Shown in pieces: positions 29,601 to 37,528 of a DNA stretch of 64,000 nucleotides. The stretch lies in assembly GCA_964627835.1 (NCBI GenBank), contig CAZVLG010000174.1, forward strand, positions 1,455-65,454, given 5' to 3'. How positions within the stretch are numbered: position 1 is the stretch's first letter; each line of letters begins with the position of its first letter. Both the position numbers and the translations under genes were made by a program. The DNA is from an uncultured Bacteroides sp. GTDB taxonomy: Bacteria > Bacteroidota > Bacteroidia > Bacteroidales > SM23-62. The notes under the pieces are model-generated. The model made no database searches. It worked only from the letters and a program-made list of their open reading frames with translations, and was not told the origin of the DNA.

Positions 29601-32228
29601 GCTTACCAGTTCCACCGTATGGCTGGTATCGGTGAGCAACATCCCCCTTGCCCTGTCTCCTTTCGGGGTTTTTATCCCAACGTAACTGGAATACGGTGAG
29701 TAAAGCATGGAATGACGGTCAATGCTGAATTCGCCGCTTTCTTCAAATACACGCGTGACAAAACCTGCACGGAGCATTCCGGGACTTGAATTTCCGGTTT
29801 GTATCCGGGTGGCAAAGCTTGCTTTTCCTTCTTCATCCAACTTCCCATCGAACAACGTATGTTCTTCGGAGTAGTAACTGCGGACCGGGTCGTCAAACGC
29901 ATAATCCGGATACCTGTCAAAAACAGTCTTAACCTGGTTCAGGACCACGGACACATTTGCCCTGAGATTTCTAGCCACGGCACCATGCAGCCAGGTTACG
30001 GCAAGCTTGCCGCGCACCGAAGGATCGGACACGGAAAGCATTTCGGTGCCAAAATCAAGATTGATTTTCAAACGATTGGGTTTGACGCTTTCGATTCTCA
30101 ACCATTTTGTGAAGCTGAGTCCGCCCACCCGGATCCTGGCGGTCCAGTTCCCGGTAGGGGCATCCGGATGTGTCAGGGTAACAAAAGAATAAAATCCATG
30201 GGACGCACTGCTGCGTGTCATTTTCTTGACCAGCTGGCCCTGGGGATTCAGCAATTCAAAACGAACCGGGTGATCCGGAGGCAATTGTTCTTTTCGGTCT
30301 TCCAGCATAAATGTGAGGAAAAGGGTATCTCCGGGGCGCCAGACCCCCCTTTCACCATAAATAAAAGCTTTTACTCCTTTCTGGATAACATTCCCGGACA
30401 CGTCGAAGCGGCTGAGCGAAAGAGATGAACCATCATCCAGGCGTAGATAGCCTCTTTGTTCCCCATACCTGGCAATAAGCATAAATGGCTTATTGTCAAG
30501 CGAAAGCGTGGCGATGCCTTTATCATTGGTTCGGGTGGACCCGATGGCTTGCTGCTGATAATTGAAGATTTCAATTTCGACACCAGAAAGCGGCTCTGTT
30601 GTCCGGAGATCCGTTACGGCCACAGACAATGAATTGTCCGATCCTCCCTTTGCAATGATCCCAAGATCGGAAGCAAGGATATTGCGGGCCACCGAACGAT
30701 GTTTCCCGTAATAGGAAGGGGAGCATGGATCCTCTCTTTCGCTCCAGTCATAATAGTAATAATCCTCATCGTAATAATAATTCTCGTAGGAGTCCCAGTA
30801 ACTTAATTCCGATTCAAATGTCTGATCAAAATCTTCGTCCATATCCTCAAGGCTTACCTCATCCTCTGCTGCTGTGCCGCAGGGGAAAAGGGAATGTTTT
30901 TTACGGAAACCGAGTTCGACCCTGTACAGGGCGCCGGGCTCACTTTTGATCAGGTCTGAAAGATCAAGAGAAAAGGCATTCCACCTGCCAAAATCAATGG
31001 CCGTACCCGTATTCAACGGAACGGTCTTGCGCAGGATCAACCGCCCGACACGTTTCAACTGATAATCCCCATCCAGGTGGTTCACCTGCAGGAACTGCCC
31101 GATATTGTTTTCATAGATGCGAATGATCCGGACCTCGACGGCACTCAGGTTCACCGCCTCAAAAGGAAGGATGAGTCCATCGGAAGAAGGGAGTATAACC
31201 CCTTTCCCGAGAAGACGGACGGCTGGCTTCACCTCCTCAAAACTGACCGTATATTCATCGCCTGCCTTGAGTTTATAATCCAGTATGTTTCGGATGCCCG
31301 ATGAAACCAGTACCTGCATGCTGCCTTTCTGGCGGACCGATGGATAAGCTTTGATCTCGTTGCTTTCGACGATGAAAGAGAGATCGGTTCCATTGTCAAG
31401 GGATATCAAGCCGTTGAGGTATTGCTTCTGCTTAAGGGGATCTGAAAATGTAAGGGATATGTATTGTTCCGGCTGTTGTACGACGCTAATATCCATCAGT
31501 TTAAAATCACCGAGGGCCGGAATCAGGACTTCCTCTTCTCCCCTGCTTTCTGCCTTGATTTTCCTCCCGTCCCAGGCCAGGACAAGCCGGCCTTCCTTCT
31601 CTCTTCGTTCAATACTGTCAATGACGAATGTATGGGTTCTTCCGTCCGGATCCTGTTCCCAGCGGATATTCAGTTCCCCGGATCCCATTTCAGCCTTTAC
31701 CAGCCCGGGAAGTTCGGAGTTCTGAAGAATATCAGCCGATCGCAGAATTCCTTTCAAATAGAGCCATCGAAGATTATTGAGATCATAGGTCCGGGGACTT
31801 TCATGGCTGATTGAAAAGCCCTGTTCTATGGTTTGAAAATCAAATGAAAAAGTTTTGAAGTTCGCAGGAACGTCCAGGAGTTTATCCAGGGCAAAATTCA
31901 CCTTGTATGCCGTTCCGGATTTCATTTCCTCGTCCGGCCGGAACTCAATGGTCCGGGTATCTATCCAGTAAGCCGATCCTTTTACCGGAGGAGTTAATTG
32001 GAATAATTTTTCATCAAGGGCTTCCTGCATCCCCTCGTCGATTTCCTCGGCGAGCCGAACCCGTATGAATGCCTGTTTGCTGACATAGCCCGAAGTAAAA
32101 GCCGATATATACGAAGTGAAGCCCGGGTCTATGGGGACCGGTTTTCCGGGTTCGTGCCGGCAGGAAAAAGAACATACGATCAAGGATGCAAGAAAGATCC
32201 TCTGGATGATTGCCATGGGTTTTTTCAT
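26655..32228 (-). CDS. bacterial alpha-2-macroglobulin family lipoprotein (YfhM/ECAM-like), thioester-containing
   Basis: 1857 aa. Signal peptide with lipobox SFSC. Thioester motif YPHGCIEQT (CIEQ encoded at 28005..28016). Length and the pairing with pbpC match the YfhM type. Confidence 0.9.
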   Translation of the reverse strand: MKKPMAIIQRIFLASLIVCSFSCRHEPGKPVPIDPGFTSYISAFTSGYVSKQAFIRVRLAEEIDEGMQEALDEKLFQLTPPVKGSAYWIDTRTIEFRPDEEMKSGTAYKVNFALDKLLDVPANFKTFSFDFQTIEQGFSISHESPRTYDLNNLRWLYLKGILRSADILQNSELPGLVKAEMGSGELNIRWEQDPDGRTHTFVIDSIERREKEGRLVLAWDGRKIKAESRGEEEVLIPALGDFKLMDISVVQQPEQYISLTFSDPLKQKQYLNGLISLDNGTDLSFIVESNEIKAYPSVRQKGSMQVLVSSGIRNILDYKLKAGDEYTVSFEEVKPAVRLLGKGVILPSSDGLILPFEAVNLSAVEVRIIRIYENNIGQFLQVNHLDGDYQLKRVGRLILRKTVPLNTGTAIDFGRWNAFSLDLSDLIKSEPGALYRVELGFRKKHSLFPCGTAAEDEVSLEDMDEDFDQTFESELSYWDSYENYYYDEDYYYYDWSEREDPCSPSYYGKHRSVARNILASDLGIIAKGGSDNSLSVAVTDLRTTEPLSGVEIEIFNYQQQAIGSTRTNDKGIATLSLDNKPFMLIARYGEQRGYLRLDDGSSLSLSRFDVSGNVIQKGVKAFIYGERGVWRPGDTLFLTFMLEDRKEQLPPDHPVRFELLNPQGQLVKKMTRSSASHGFYSFVTLTHPDAPTGNWTARIRVGGLSFTKWLRIESVKPNRLKINLDFGTEMLSVSDPSVRGKLAVTWLHGAVARNLRANVSVVLNQVKTVFDRYPDYAFDDPVRSYYSEEHTLFDGKLDEEGKASFATRIQTGNSSPGMLRAGFVTRVFEESGEFSIDRHSMLYSPYSSYVGIKTPKGDRARGMLLTDTSHTVELVSLDPDGNRIDRNNIDVRIYKVSWRWWWDAGYDNLASYVGSSEHQPVYSGKVSTLDGEGSFRFRIDYPEWGRYLIRAVDPVSGHASGKTVYIDWPGWAGRAQREHPGGAAMLSFSADKQKYQVGETATVSIPASGQGRILVSIENGSGVLDAYWVEAMEPETRFNFKISPEMAPNIYVNITLVQPHAQSKNDLPIRLYGVIPLMVEDPETKLHPELKMPDVLRPEKKVSIKVSERNGRECSYTLAMVDEGLLDLTRFATPGPWEHFYAREALGVRTWDVYDAVLGSYGGRIEQIFAIGGGFDEEEAGEDAQSRAMRFKPMVRVLGPFTLKKGQTHTHSITLPNYVGSVRTMVIAGNQFAYGNTEKTTPVKKPLMVLATLPRVLGPGEQVSLPVTVFAMEENIRNVKLEIKTNEFLELSGEKEKRIPFEQTGDKLETFQLNVVKKIGIGKVEVIASSGSETASYEIEIEIRNPNPPVTEFMDEVLDPGQSLERNYTFPGMPGTNSAILEVSNIPPIDFGRRLKYLLRYPHGCIEQTTSAAFPQLYLGDITQMNDVLRVRTENNIKAAIKRLQSFMLPSGGFAYWPGTSDASHWATSYAGHFLLEAENKGFALPVNFKRQWIRFQSRESNRWKRNAEQYRQDDLVQAYRLYTLALAGEPELGAMNRLREMEGISVQSRWRLAAAYALAGQPGTAEELIREGVPEIPAYSGFNYSFGSRERDMAMVLETLVLMNKRSEGASLAREISDELRSQRWMSTQTTAYCLLAMSKFAGSQGVSKELRFSYLVNDGNKVNAITKLSMARIDIEPGGRPGGKILLENKGEGMLFVRITMEGIPETGRENAAENKLRMNVSYTDMAGHPMDVARIRQGTDFLAHVSLANPLGVQIYKDMALTQIFPSGWEIHNARMDEFSPAYHSDRPGYQDIRDDRVYTYFDIGRQGSKNFVIQLNAAYLGRFYLPAVYCEAMYDETVNALVPGRWVEVIDVQ

Positions 32229-32275
32229 GGGGTATGATTTTTACTGAATTTCAGGGCAGATGGCTGGGCCATTAC

Positions 32276-32283
32276 CAAATGTA
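32276..32283 (-). promoter_or_regulatory. candidate -7 promoter box TACATTTG for the A2M-pbpC pair
   Basis: Minus-strand TACATTTG, 48 nt upstream of the ATG at 32228. Confidence 0.35.
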
Positions 32284-32320
32284 AGAATTCTGGCAGAAAA
32301 GTGTGGGACCGGAAGGTTAA

Positions 32321-33199
32321 TTATCGGAGTCGGAATTCAATGGGAACACTTACCTGGATGGGAGCAGGAACCCCGTCAACTTCACCCGGTATCCATTTGG
32401 GGAACTTCCCAACCACCCGGAGGGCCTCCTCATTAAAGTATTTCTGGTCGCCGTTCACAACCCTTGGATCCTTGACCCATCCTTTTTCGTCAACGGTAAA
32501 CAAAATAATAACAGCTCCTTCGATTCCTCTTCGGCGGGCTTCTGCCGGGTATTTCAATTCCTTTTCAATATACTCACGAAGGCTTTTATGTCCCCCGGGA
32601 AACACCGGCATCAAGACATAAGGGAAATAATCAACCTGCTCTCCTTCAGGAGAATAACATGTCCCCTCGACAAGCGTGCCGTATTCATAAAAATCGTTTC
32701 GGGTCATTTGGCCGTTCGGATAGAATGACTGGAAATTACCATGTTTTTCTCCCCTGTGATAACGGGCTTTCAGTTTCAGGCTGCCGTCTTCCCGCCAGGA
32801 GGTATATTCCCCGTCCAATAATCCACCGCTGAATTCCTGCTTGGTTTCGGGCTGACCGGATGCATACCATTCCTCCAGGGTGCCATGCAAAAGATTGTTC
32901 CTGTAATGGCACTCCATCTGCTTTTTACCATCCTCATACCGGTATATGAAGTGACCGTCCTTGTTATCGGGACGAATGGACTTATAGGTGCCGGACATCT
33001 GGATCTGTCCATCGGGATAATAGTCCTCCACATAAAAACGAAATTCACCCGAGGTATCCATGGAGATATAACGGTAGTAGCAGAAATCAGATGTACCGGC
33101 CTGCTCCCAGTTCCGGTCGAAATACATGGTATCCAGCACCTGGGAATATCCCGGCAGGGGCAGCAGCAGCAGCAGTATGTAACACCATCTGATGGGCAT
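32321..33199 (-). CDS. MORN-variant repeat protein fused to a TonB C-terminal domain
   Basis: Signal peptide MPIRWCYILLLLLPLPGYSQ starts from the ATG at 33199; the track start at 33253 would overlap rnpA. MORN-like units (GHFIYRYEDGKKQME, GTLEEWYASGQPETK, GEYTSWREDGSLKLK). C-terminal TonB_C pattern: PVFPGGHKSLREYIEKELKYPAEARRRGIEGAVIILFTVDEKG. Confidence 0.8.
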   Translation of the reverse strand: MPIRWCYILLLLLPLPGYSQVLDTMYFDRNWEQAGTSDFCYYRYISMDTSGEFRFYVEDYYPDGQIQMSGTYKSIRPDNKDGHFIYRYEDGKKQMECHYRNNLLHGTLEEWYASGQPETKQEFSGGLLDGEYTSWREDGSLKLKARYHRGEKHGNFQSFYPNGQMTRNDFYEYGTLVEGTCYSPEGEQVDYFPYVLMPVFPGGHKSLREYIEKELKYPAEARRRGIEGAVIILFTVDEKGWVKDPRVVNGDQKYFNEEALRVVGKFPKWIPGEVDGVPAPIQVSVPIEFRLR

Positions 33200-33203
33200 G
33201 TGC

Positions 33204-33593
33204 TTAAGTAAAATTGCCTGCCAGTTTCCGGAGCATGTCTCGCATGTTCTCATCCAGGCGCTCGAAAGATATGAATTCGTCCGAAAGGAACAAAATGATC
33301 ATCGTGATACACAGTTCCTTCTCCCGGAGCGGATCGTAAATGAGGTCCTTGTTAAGCCTATATGCTTCCCGTATCCTGCGTTTCATAAGATTCCGGTCAA
33401 CGGCCTTTTTAAACTTGCGCCTGGGTACGGAGATGGCTACTTTTGCAGGGAATTTCTGTCTCAGGTCATCCGAAGGCTTCCAGTAAATTTTAAGGGGGAA
33501 CCCGGATACCGTCTGCCCACTTGCCAGAAGATCCTGTATGGCCAGGTTGCTTGACAGGCGTTCTTGCTTACCAAATGTAAATTTAGCGGCCAT
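33204..33593 (-). CDS. rnpA: ribonuclease P protein component
   Basis: 129 aa, basic. KKAVDRNLMKRRIREAYR matches the RNR motif region of RnpA. Confidence 0.85.
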   Translation of the reverse strand: MAAKFTFGKQERLSSNLAIQDLLASGQTVSGFPLKIYWKPSDDLRQKFPAKVAISVPRRKFKKAVDRNLMKRRIREAYRLNKDLIYDPLREKELCITMIILFLSDEFISFERLDENMRDMLRKLAGNFT

Positions 33594-33634
33594 GATTGTC
33601 TTGGCTGACAGTAAACCACTAAGTTAACCAAAGA

Positions 33635-34390
33635 TTACTTCCTGGAATTCTTATTGAAGGATTTAATGTAAAGGTCGAGGGCCATGGTCATGGAAGGAGC
33701 CTCTGGCAGGGGGGCCCTGACATCCAGCCGTAAACCGGCTTCTTCAACCGCACTGGCCGTAGTGGTTCCGAAAGAAGCGATTTTAATGCTGTTCTGCTTG
33801 AAATCCGGGAAATTCTGTTTCAGGGATTTTATGCCTGAGGGACTGAAAAATACAAGCATGTCGTATTCCAGAACGAGGAGGTCGGAAAGATCGCTGCATA
33901 CCGTGCGGTATATGATGGCCTTGTTGAATTTGATTTTGTGATCTTTCAGTGTTTTGGGAACTTCTTCCTTGTGAATGTCGGAGAGGGGAACCAGAAAAGT
34001 CTCATCCCTGTGCTTGTTGATCAGGTCCATCAGATCGGAAAACTGGCCGTTTCCGTAAAATATCTTCCGTTTCCGGTAGACAATATACTTTTGAAGATAA
34101 TAGGCAGTTGCCTCTGAGATGCAAAAATATTTCATGGAATCGGGCACCGTGATACGCAGCTCTTCGCAGATCCTGAAAAAATGATCCGCGGAGGTTTTAC
34201 TCGTAAAAATTACTGCTGAATGCTCCAGGATGTCGATTCGTTCCTGCCTGAACTCCTTGGCGGGAATTCCTTCCACATGAATGAAGGGTCGGAAATCTAT
34301 TTGCAGATTGTTCTGCTCAGCTAATTCAAAGTAGGGGGATTTCCCATTATCTGGATTGGGCTGGGAAACAAGTATTTTCTTAATCCTCAT
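33635..34390 (-). CDS. uroporphyrinogen-III synthase (HEM4-domain) family protein
   Basis: 251 aa. Two-lobed HEM4-like pattern (VIFTSKTSADHFF...VFFSPSGIKSL). Conserved Bacteroidota position between a DUF4271-like membrane protein and rnpA. Confidence 0.7.
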   Translation of the reverse strand: MRIKKILVSQPNPDNGKSPYFELAEQNNLQIDFRPFIHVEGIPAKEFRQERIDILEHSAVIFTSKTSADHFFRICEELRITVPDSMKYFCISEATAYYLQKYIVYRKRKIFYGNGQFSDLMDLINKHRDETFLVPLSDIHKEEVPKTLKDHKIKFNKAIIYRTVCSDLSDLLVLEYDMLVFFSPSGIKSLKQNFPDFKQNSIKIASFGTTTASAVEEAGLRLDVRAPLPEAPSMTMALDLYIKSFNKNSRK

Positions 34391-34407
34391 GAAAGTATCA
34401 ATTAAAC

Positions 34408-35511
34408 CTATCCTTCTTGTATCAACAAAGAAAAAAACCTGTAAAAGAACAGTAATGGTAAAATTTCAAGGATACAAAGGTATAAAATCAAATAAAATAT
34501 TAAAATATCTTTTTTAGTAAAAATAATTTTCAATCCCTTGATAACACGTAAAATTAAGGCTGCTGCCAGAAGTAAAAAAGCGGCGTAAACCAGGTAAACA
34601 CGCAGGTCTTCATGGATATAGGCGATCCCTATGACCAGCACCAGCAGGTAGATCCCAAGGTTTTTATAGATCAAAAGCAACTGATGCTGGTATTCCCGGA
34701 ATTCGTAATGTGTATCGAATATATAACCGATGGCATGGGAGGCGATGAATCTCAGGACCAGGAACCCGGTAAGGATCCCGGCATAAGCCAGATAGGACAA
34801 AATATCGCTCAGGGGAAAAGGCCTGAAATGGAAATATCCAAAAATCAGGTAGATCCCGGCAGCCCCGATGAGTATAAAATGAAGGTTCAGCAGGAATGCC
34901 ACCCTTCTTGAAAAGATGTTCTGGTCACGCAACAGCTTCGTGGATAACTGGTAATTAAAGAGCGATTGCATGGTCTGGTCGAAAAATTTATTGTAAAACA
35001 GTTTCAGCCATGCAAGAAGGACCAGGCTACCGATAATGAGTCCCAGCAGCCAGTCAGGCCGAAGATCATGTGCCGGGGAAGAATCCGGAGAGGCTTGAGA
35101 ACGGACCTCGACAAGAGGCAGGGTTTCGGAGGGAATGTCCTGCTCCAGAAAAACGGGTTTCATGGTATCTTTTGAAGAAAAGAACCTATGGCTGAGCTGG
35201 CCGAGCGGATTCGGGTCCGGATACCTTGATTCCTGATTGAAATTATATGGGACCGCGGCGGTATCAAAGCCTTTCGGGCGTTCCTGCTCGCGGGAACGAA
35301 GATATGTATGGTAGGCCCGTACGCGGGTTATGGAATCAAGCGCTCTTTCCCTTTGTTCCATGGCCCTGAAAATATCATCAACATCTTCCGTACTGAATTT
35401 TCGCACGCCGGTGACGGAATCATGCTCAACGGCAGGAGCGGGAACCGTATCAGACGGAGTCCGGACAATGGTATCCTGGGCAAAGAAATAAGTTGAATTC
35501 ACAGGGGGCAA
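34408..35511 (-). CDS. DUF4271-like integral membrane protein
   Basis: 367 aa. A soluble N-terminal half followed by about 6 hydrophobic helices. The neighbourhood with the HEM4-domain gene is the basis of the family guess. Confidence 0.55.
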   Translation of the reverse strand: MPPVNSTYFFAQDTIVRTPSDTVPAPAVEHDSVTGVRKFSTEDVDDIFRAMEQRERALDSITRVRAYHTYLRSREQERPKGFDTAAVPYNFNQESRYPDPNPLGQLSHRFFSSKDTMKPVFLEQDIPSETLPLVEVRSQASPDSSPAHDLRPDWLLGLIIGSLVLLAWLKLFYNKFFDQTMQSLFNYQLSTKLLRDQNIFSRRVAFLLNLHFILIGAAGIYLIFGYFHFRPFPLSDILSYLAYAGILTGFLVLRFIASHAIGYIFDTHYEFREYQHQLLLIYKNLGIYLLVLVIGIAYIHEDLRVYLVYAAFLLLAAALILRVIKGLKIIFTKKDILIFYLILYLCILEILPLLFFYRFFSLLIQEG

Positions 35512-35541
35512 AGATAGTAAATATCCAGTTTAATGGAGGTT

Positions 35542-36414
35542 CTAGAAGTAATCCACCGGATCGCTGCTCTCACCCTCAAGCCTGGCGATCTCGGTAAGGA
35601 TATGGTTGGCAAGACGGCTGGCACCAATCCTGAAAAAAGCAGGATCGAGCCATTCTTCGCCGAGTACGGACCGAATGATACCGGCATAGGAAAGAGCCTG
35701 TTCCGCCGTGCTGATTCCTCCGGCCGGTTTGATGCCCGACATGATCCCGGTATCTTCATGGTGATCCTTGATGGCCTGGCACATTACCAGTACGGATTCA
35801 GGAGTTGCGGCCGGCTGGATTTTGCCGGTGGAGGTTTTAATGAAATCCGCTCCGGCCTGCAGGCTTGCCAGGGATGCCTTATATATATCTGAGGGACCCG
35901 GCAGGAGACCGGTTTCAAGGATCACTTTGAGTTTAGCCGGAGCAACGATCTGTTTGATCCTGCTGATCTCCCGGCTCACAAATTCAAGATCGTTTTCCAG
36001 GTACCTGCCGACTGAAATCACAATATCAATTTCAGTTGCTCCCGCCTCCACAGCCATTCTGCATTCCAGTTCTTTCACGGGCAGGAATGTCTGGGAGGAT
36101 GGAAATCCGGCGCCAACCGATGCAATACCAACCCCCTGGACCCTTAAATTCTCACTGACCGCAGGCACCAGGGAAGGGTATACGCAGATGGCTCCGATAT
36201 TTGGTGTCGCCGGGAATTTTTCTGGAAATTCGTTTATTCTCCGGCATAGCTCTTTGATCCCGCCAGGGGTATCATGGGTATTCAAACTGGTCAGGTCAAT
36301 CAGGCTGAACATCAGCCTTAAATTGTCAGGTGAATTTTCCAGATATCCCCGTGATCCGACCTGCTCGAGACGGTTCTTCAGGTCTTCCGGGCTGAAACGG
36401 GCAGCATTACTCAT
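35542..36414 (-). CDS. deoC: deoxyribose-phosphate aldolase (long form)
   Basis: 290 aa. Class I aldolase TIM-barrel pattern with Schiff-base lysine context DFIKTSTGK, plus IDIVISVG and KVILETG. Confidence 0.85.
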   Translation of the reverse strand: MSNAARFSPEDLKNRLEQVGSRGYLENSPDNLRLMFSLIDLTSLNTHDTPGGIKELCRRINEFPEKFPATPNIGAICVYPSLVPAVSENLRVQGVGIASVGAGFPSSQTFLPVKELECRMAVEAGATEIDIVISVGRYLENDLEFVSREISRIKQIVAPAKLKVILETGLLPGPSDIYKASLASLQAGADFIKTSTGKIQPAATPESVLVMCQAIKDHHEDTGIMSGIKPAGGISTAEQALSYAGIIRSVLGEEWLDPAFFRIGASRLANHILTEIARLEGESSDPVDYF

Positions 36415-36458
36415 TTTTATTAACTTTAGAAACCAAAATTATCAAACATCCGGAAATT

Positions 36459-36893
36459 ATGAGCCACAGACTTTATTTCTTTTCCATAATTTGCCTATTG
36501 TTTCATGCATGCAGTACAGACACGGTTGAAGACCTGATGGAGGCAGACAGAAATTTCTCCGGCTGCTCGGTCGAAAAAGGCAAGAAAAAGGCCTTTCTTG
36601 AATTTGCCGATGATTCTGCCGTACTGCTGCAGAGAAACAGGATGCCTGTCGTTGGGAAATATGCCATAATGCGTTCTTTCGAATCCTTTTCTGACACCGG
36701 GTTTGTCCTTACCTGGGAACCCCTGTCCGGAGATATTTCAAGAACCGGGGACCTTGGTTATACGTATGGCATTTACAGCCTGGTAAATAAAGCGGATAGC
36801 AGTATTTCCAGGGGCAAGTACGTAAGCATCTGGAAAAAACAGGAAGATGGATCATGGAAATTCGTTCTTGATGGAGGGAACGAAGGGATATAG
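36459..36893 (+). CDS. NTF2-fold (DUF4440/SnoaL-like) lipoprotein
   Basis: 144 aa. Lipobox LLFHAC. C-terminal GKYVSIWKKQEDGSWKFVLD pattern typical of DUF4440-type NTF2-like proteins. Confidence 0.6.
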   Translation: MSHRLYFFSIICLLFHACSTDTVEDLMEADRNFSGCSVEKGKKKAFLEFADDSAVLLQRNRMPVVGKYAIMRSFESFSDTGFVLTWEPLSGDISRTGDLGYTYGIYSLVNKADSSISRGKYVSIWKKQEDGSWKFVLDGGNEGI

Positions 36894-36987
36894 CCATGAA
36901 CCTGGATTGAATTACGCGAGCGCATTCCCCGCAGCTCTGCTGCGTGGGTTAGCGAGCACAATTAAAATAAACAATGAATCGATGATT

Positions 36988-37007
36988 CCTCGCGGCTTGC
37001 CGCGAGG
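36988..37007. terminator. GC-rich hairpin CCTCGCGGC-TT-GCCGCGAGG between convergent genes
   Basis: Perfect 9-bp stem. T-rich tract follows on the minus strand (TTGTTTATTTTAATT), downstream of dtd. Lies in the 175-bp gap between convergent genes. Confidence 0.5.
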
Positions 37008-37068
37008 AGATTCAATTCATGAGTGGGATAGCTGTCGGACCCATGCACGGACCTGCTGGATAGGGGTT

Positions 37069-37521
37069 TTACTCCCTGTTTCTTGAATCCATGATAATGG
37101 TGACCGGGCCGTCGTTGACAAGTTCAACCTGCATATAGGCACCAAACTCCCCGGTCCTGACTTCCCGGCCTGAGTCAAGCTCAAGCTGGCGCACAAATTT
37201 TTCATAGAGAGGGATGGCGATCTCGGGTTTTGCGGCCCGTATATAGGAAGGCCGGTTTCCTTTTTTAGTGCTTGCGTGCAGGGTAAACTGGCTGACTACG
37301 AGTACATCCCCTTTAACATCCTGCAGGGATAGATTCATCACTCCATCCCTGTCACGAAATACACGCAGGCGGGCAATTTTACCACTGAGCCACTCCAGGT
37401 CCTGGATCTGGTCTGATTCCTCAATTCCAAGCAGGATAAGAAGTCCCCCATCAATCGAAGCCTTCGCTTCACCCCCGATCGATACGGAGGCATTCTGAAC
37501 CCTCTGGATTACTGCCCGCAT
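37069..37521 (-). CDS. dtd: D-aminoacyl-tRNA deacylase
   Basis: MRAVIQRV N-terminus, GLLILLGI, VVSQFTLHA and LVNDGPVTI motifs. The ATG at 37521 was chosen; the track start at 37623 would overlap the upstream M16 gene. Confidence 0.92.
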   Translation of the reverse strand: MRAVIQRVQNASVSIGGEAKASIDGGLLILLGIEESDQIQDLEWLSGKIARLRVFRDRDGVMNLSLQDVKGDVLVVSQFTLHASTKKGNRPSYIRAAKPEIAIPLYEKFVRQLELDSGREVRTGEFGAYMQVELVNDGPVTIIMDSRNRE

Positions 37522-37528
37522 ATTGATT

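Noticed and set aside
28536-30428. Plus-strand ORFs of 100-209 aa inside the A2M gene (28536..28961, 28968..29273, 29292..29699, 29799..30428)
   Set aside because: They are antisense to a continuous 1857-aa frame with a thioester motif and lipobox, and show no motifs of their own.
24248-32228. Possible horizontally acquired island (higher GC) covering pbpC and the A2M gene
   Set aside because: Hand counts of single 60-nt lines gave about 57% GC in pbpC versus about 32% in the TPR gene, but about 52% in mnmG and polA as well. The contrast is therefore with a few AT-rich genes, not with the housekeeping background. There are no flanking tRNA, integrase or direct repeats. A proper sliding-window GC and codon-usage calculation would be needed.
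35768-36529. 253-aa plus-strand ORF antisense to deoC
   Set aside because: The minus-strand frame has the DeoC Schiff-base lysine context FIKTSTGK and TIM-barrel pattern. The plus-strand product is Ser/Arg/Leu-rich without motifs, and it runs into the next real gene's start.
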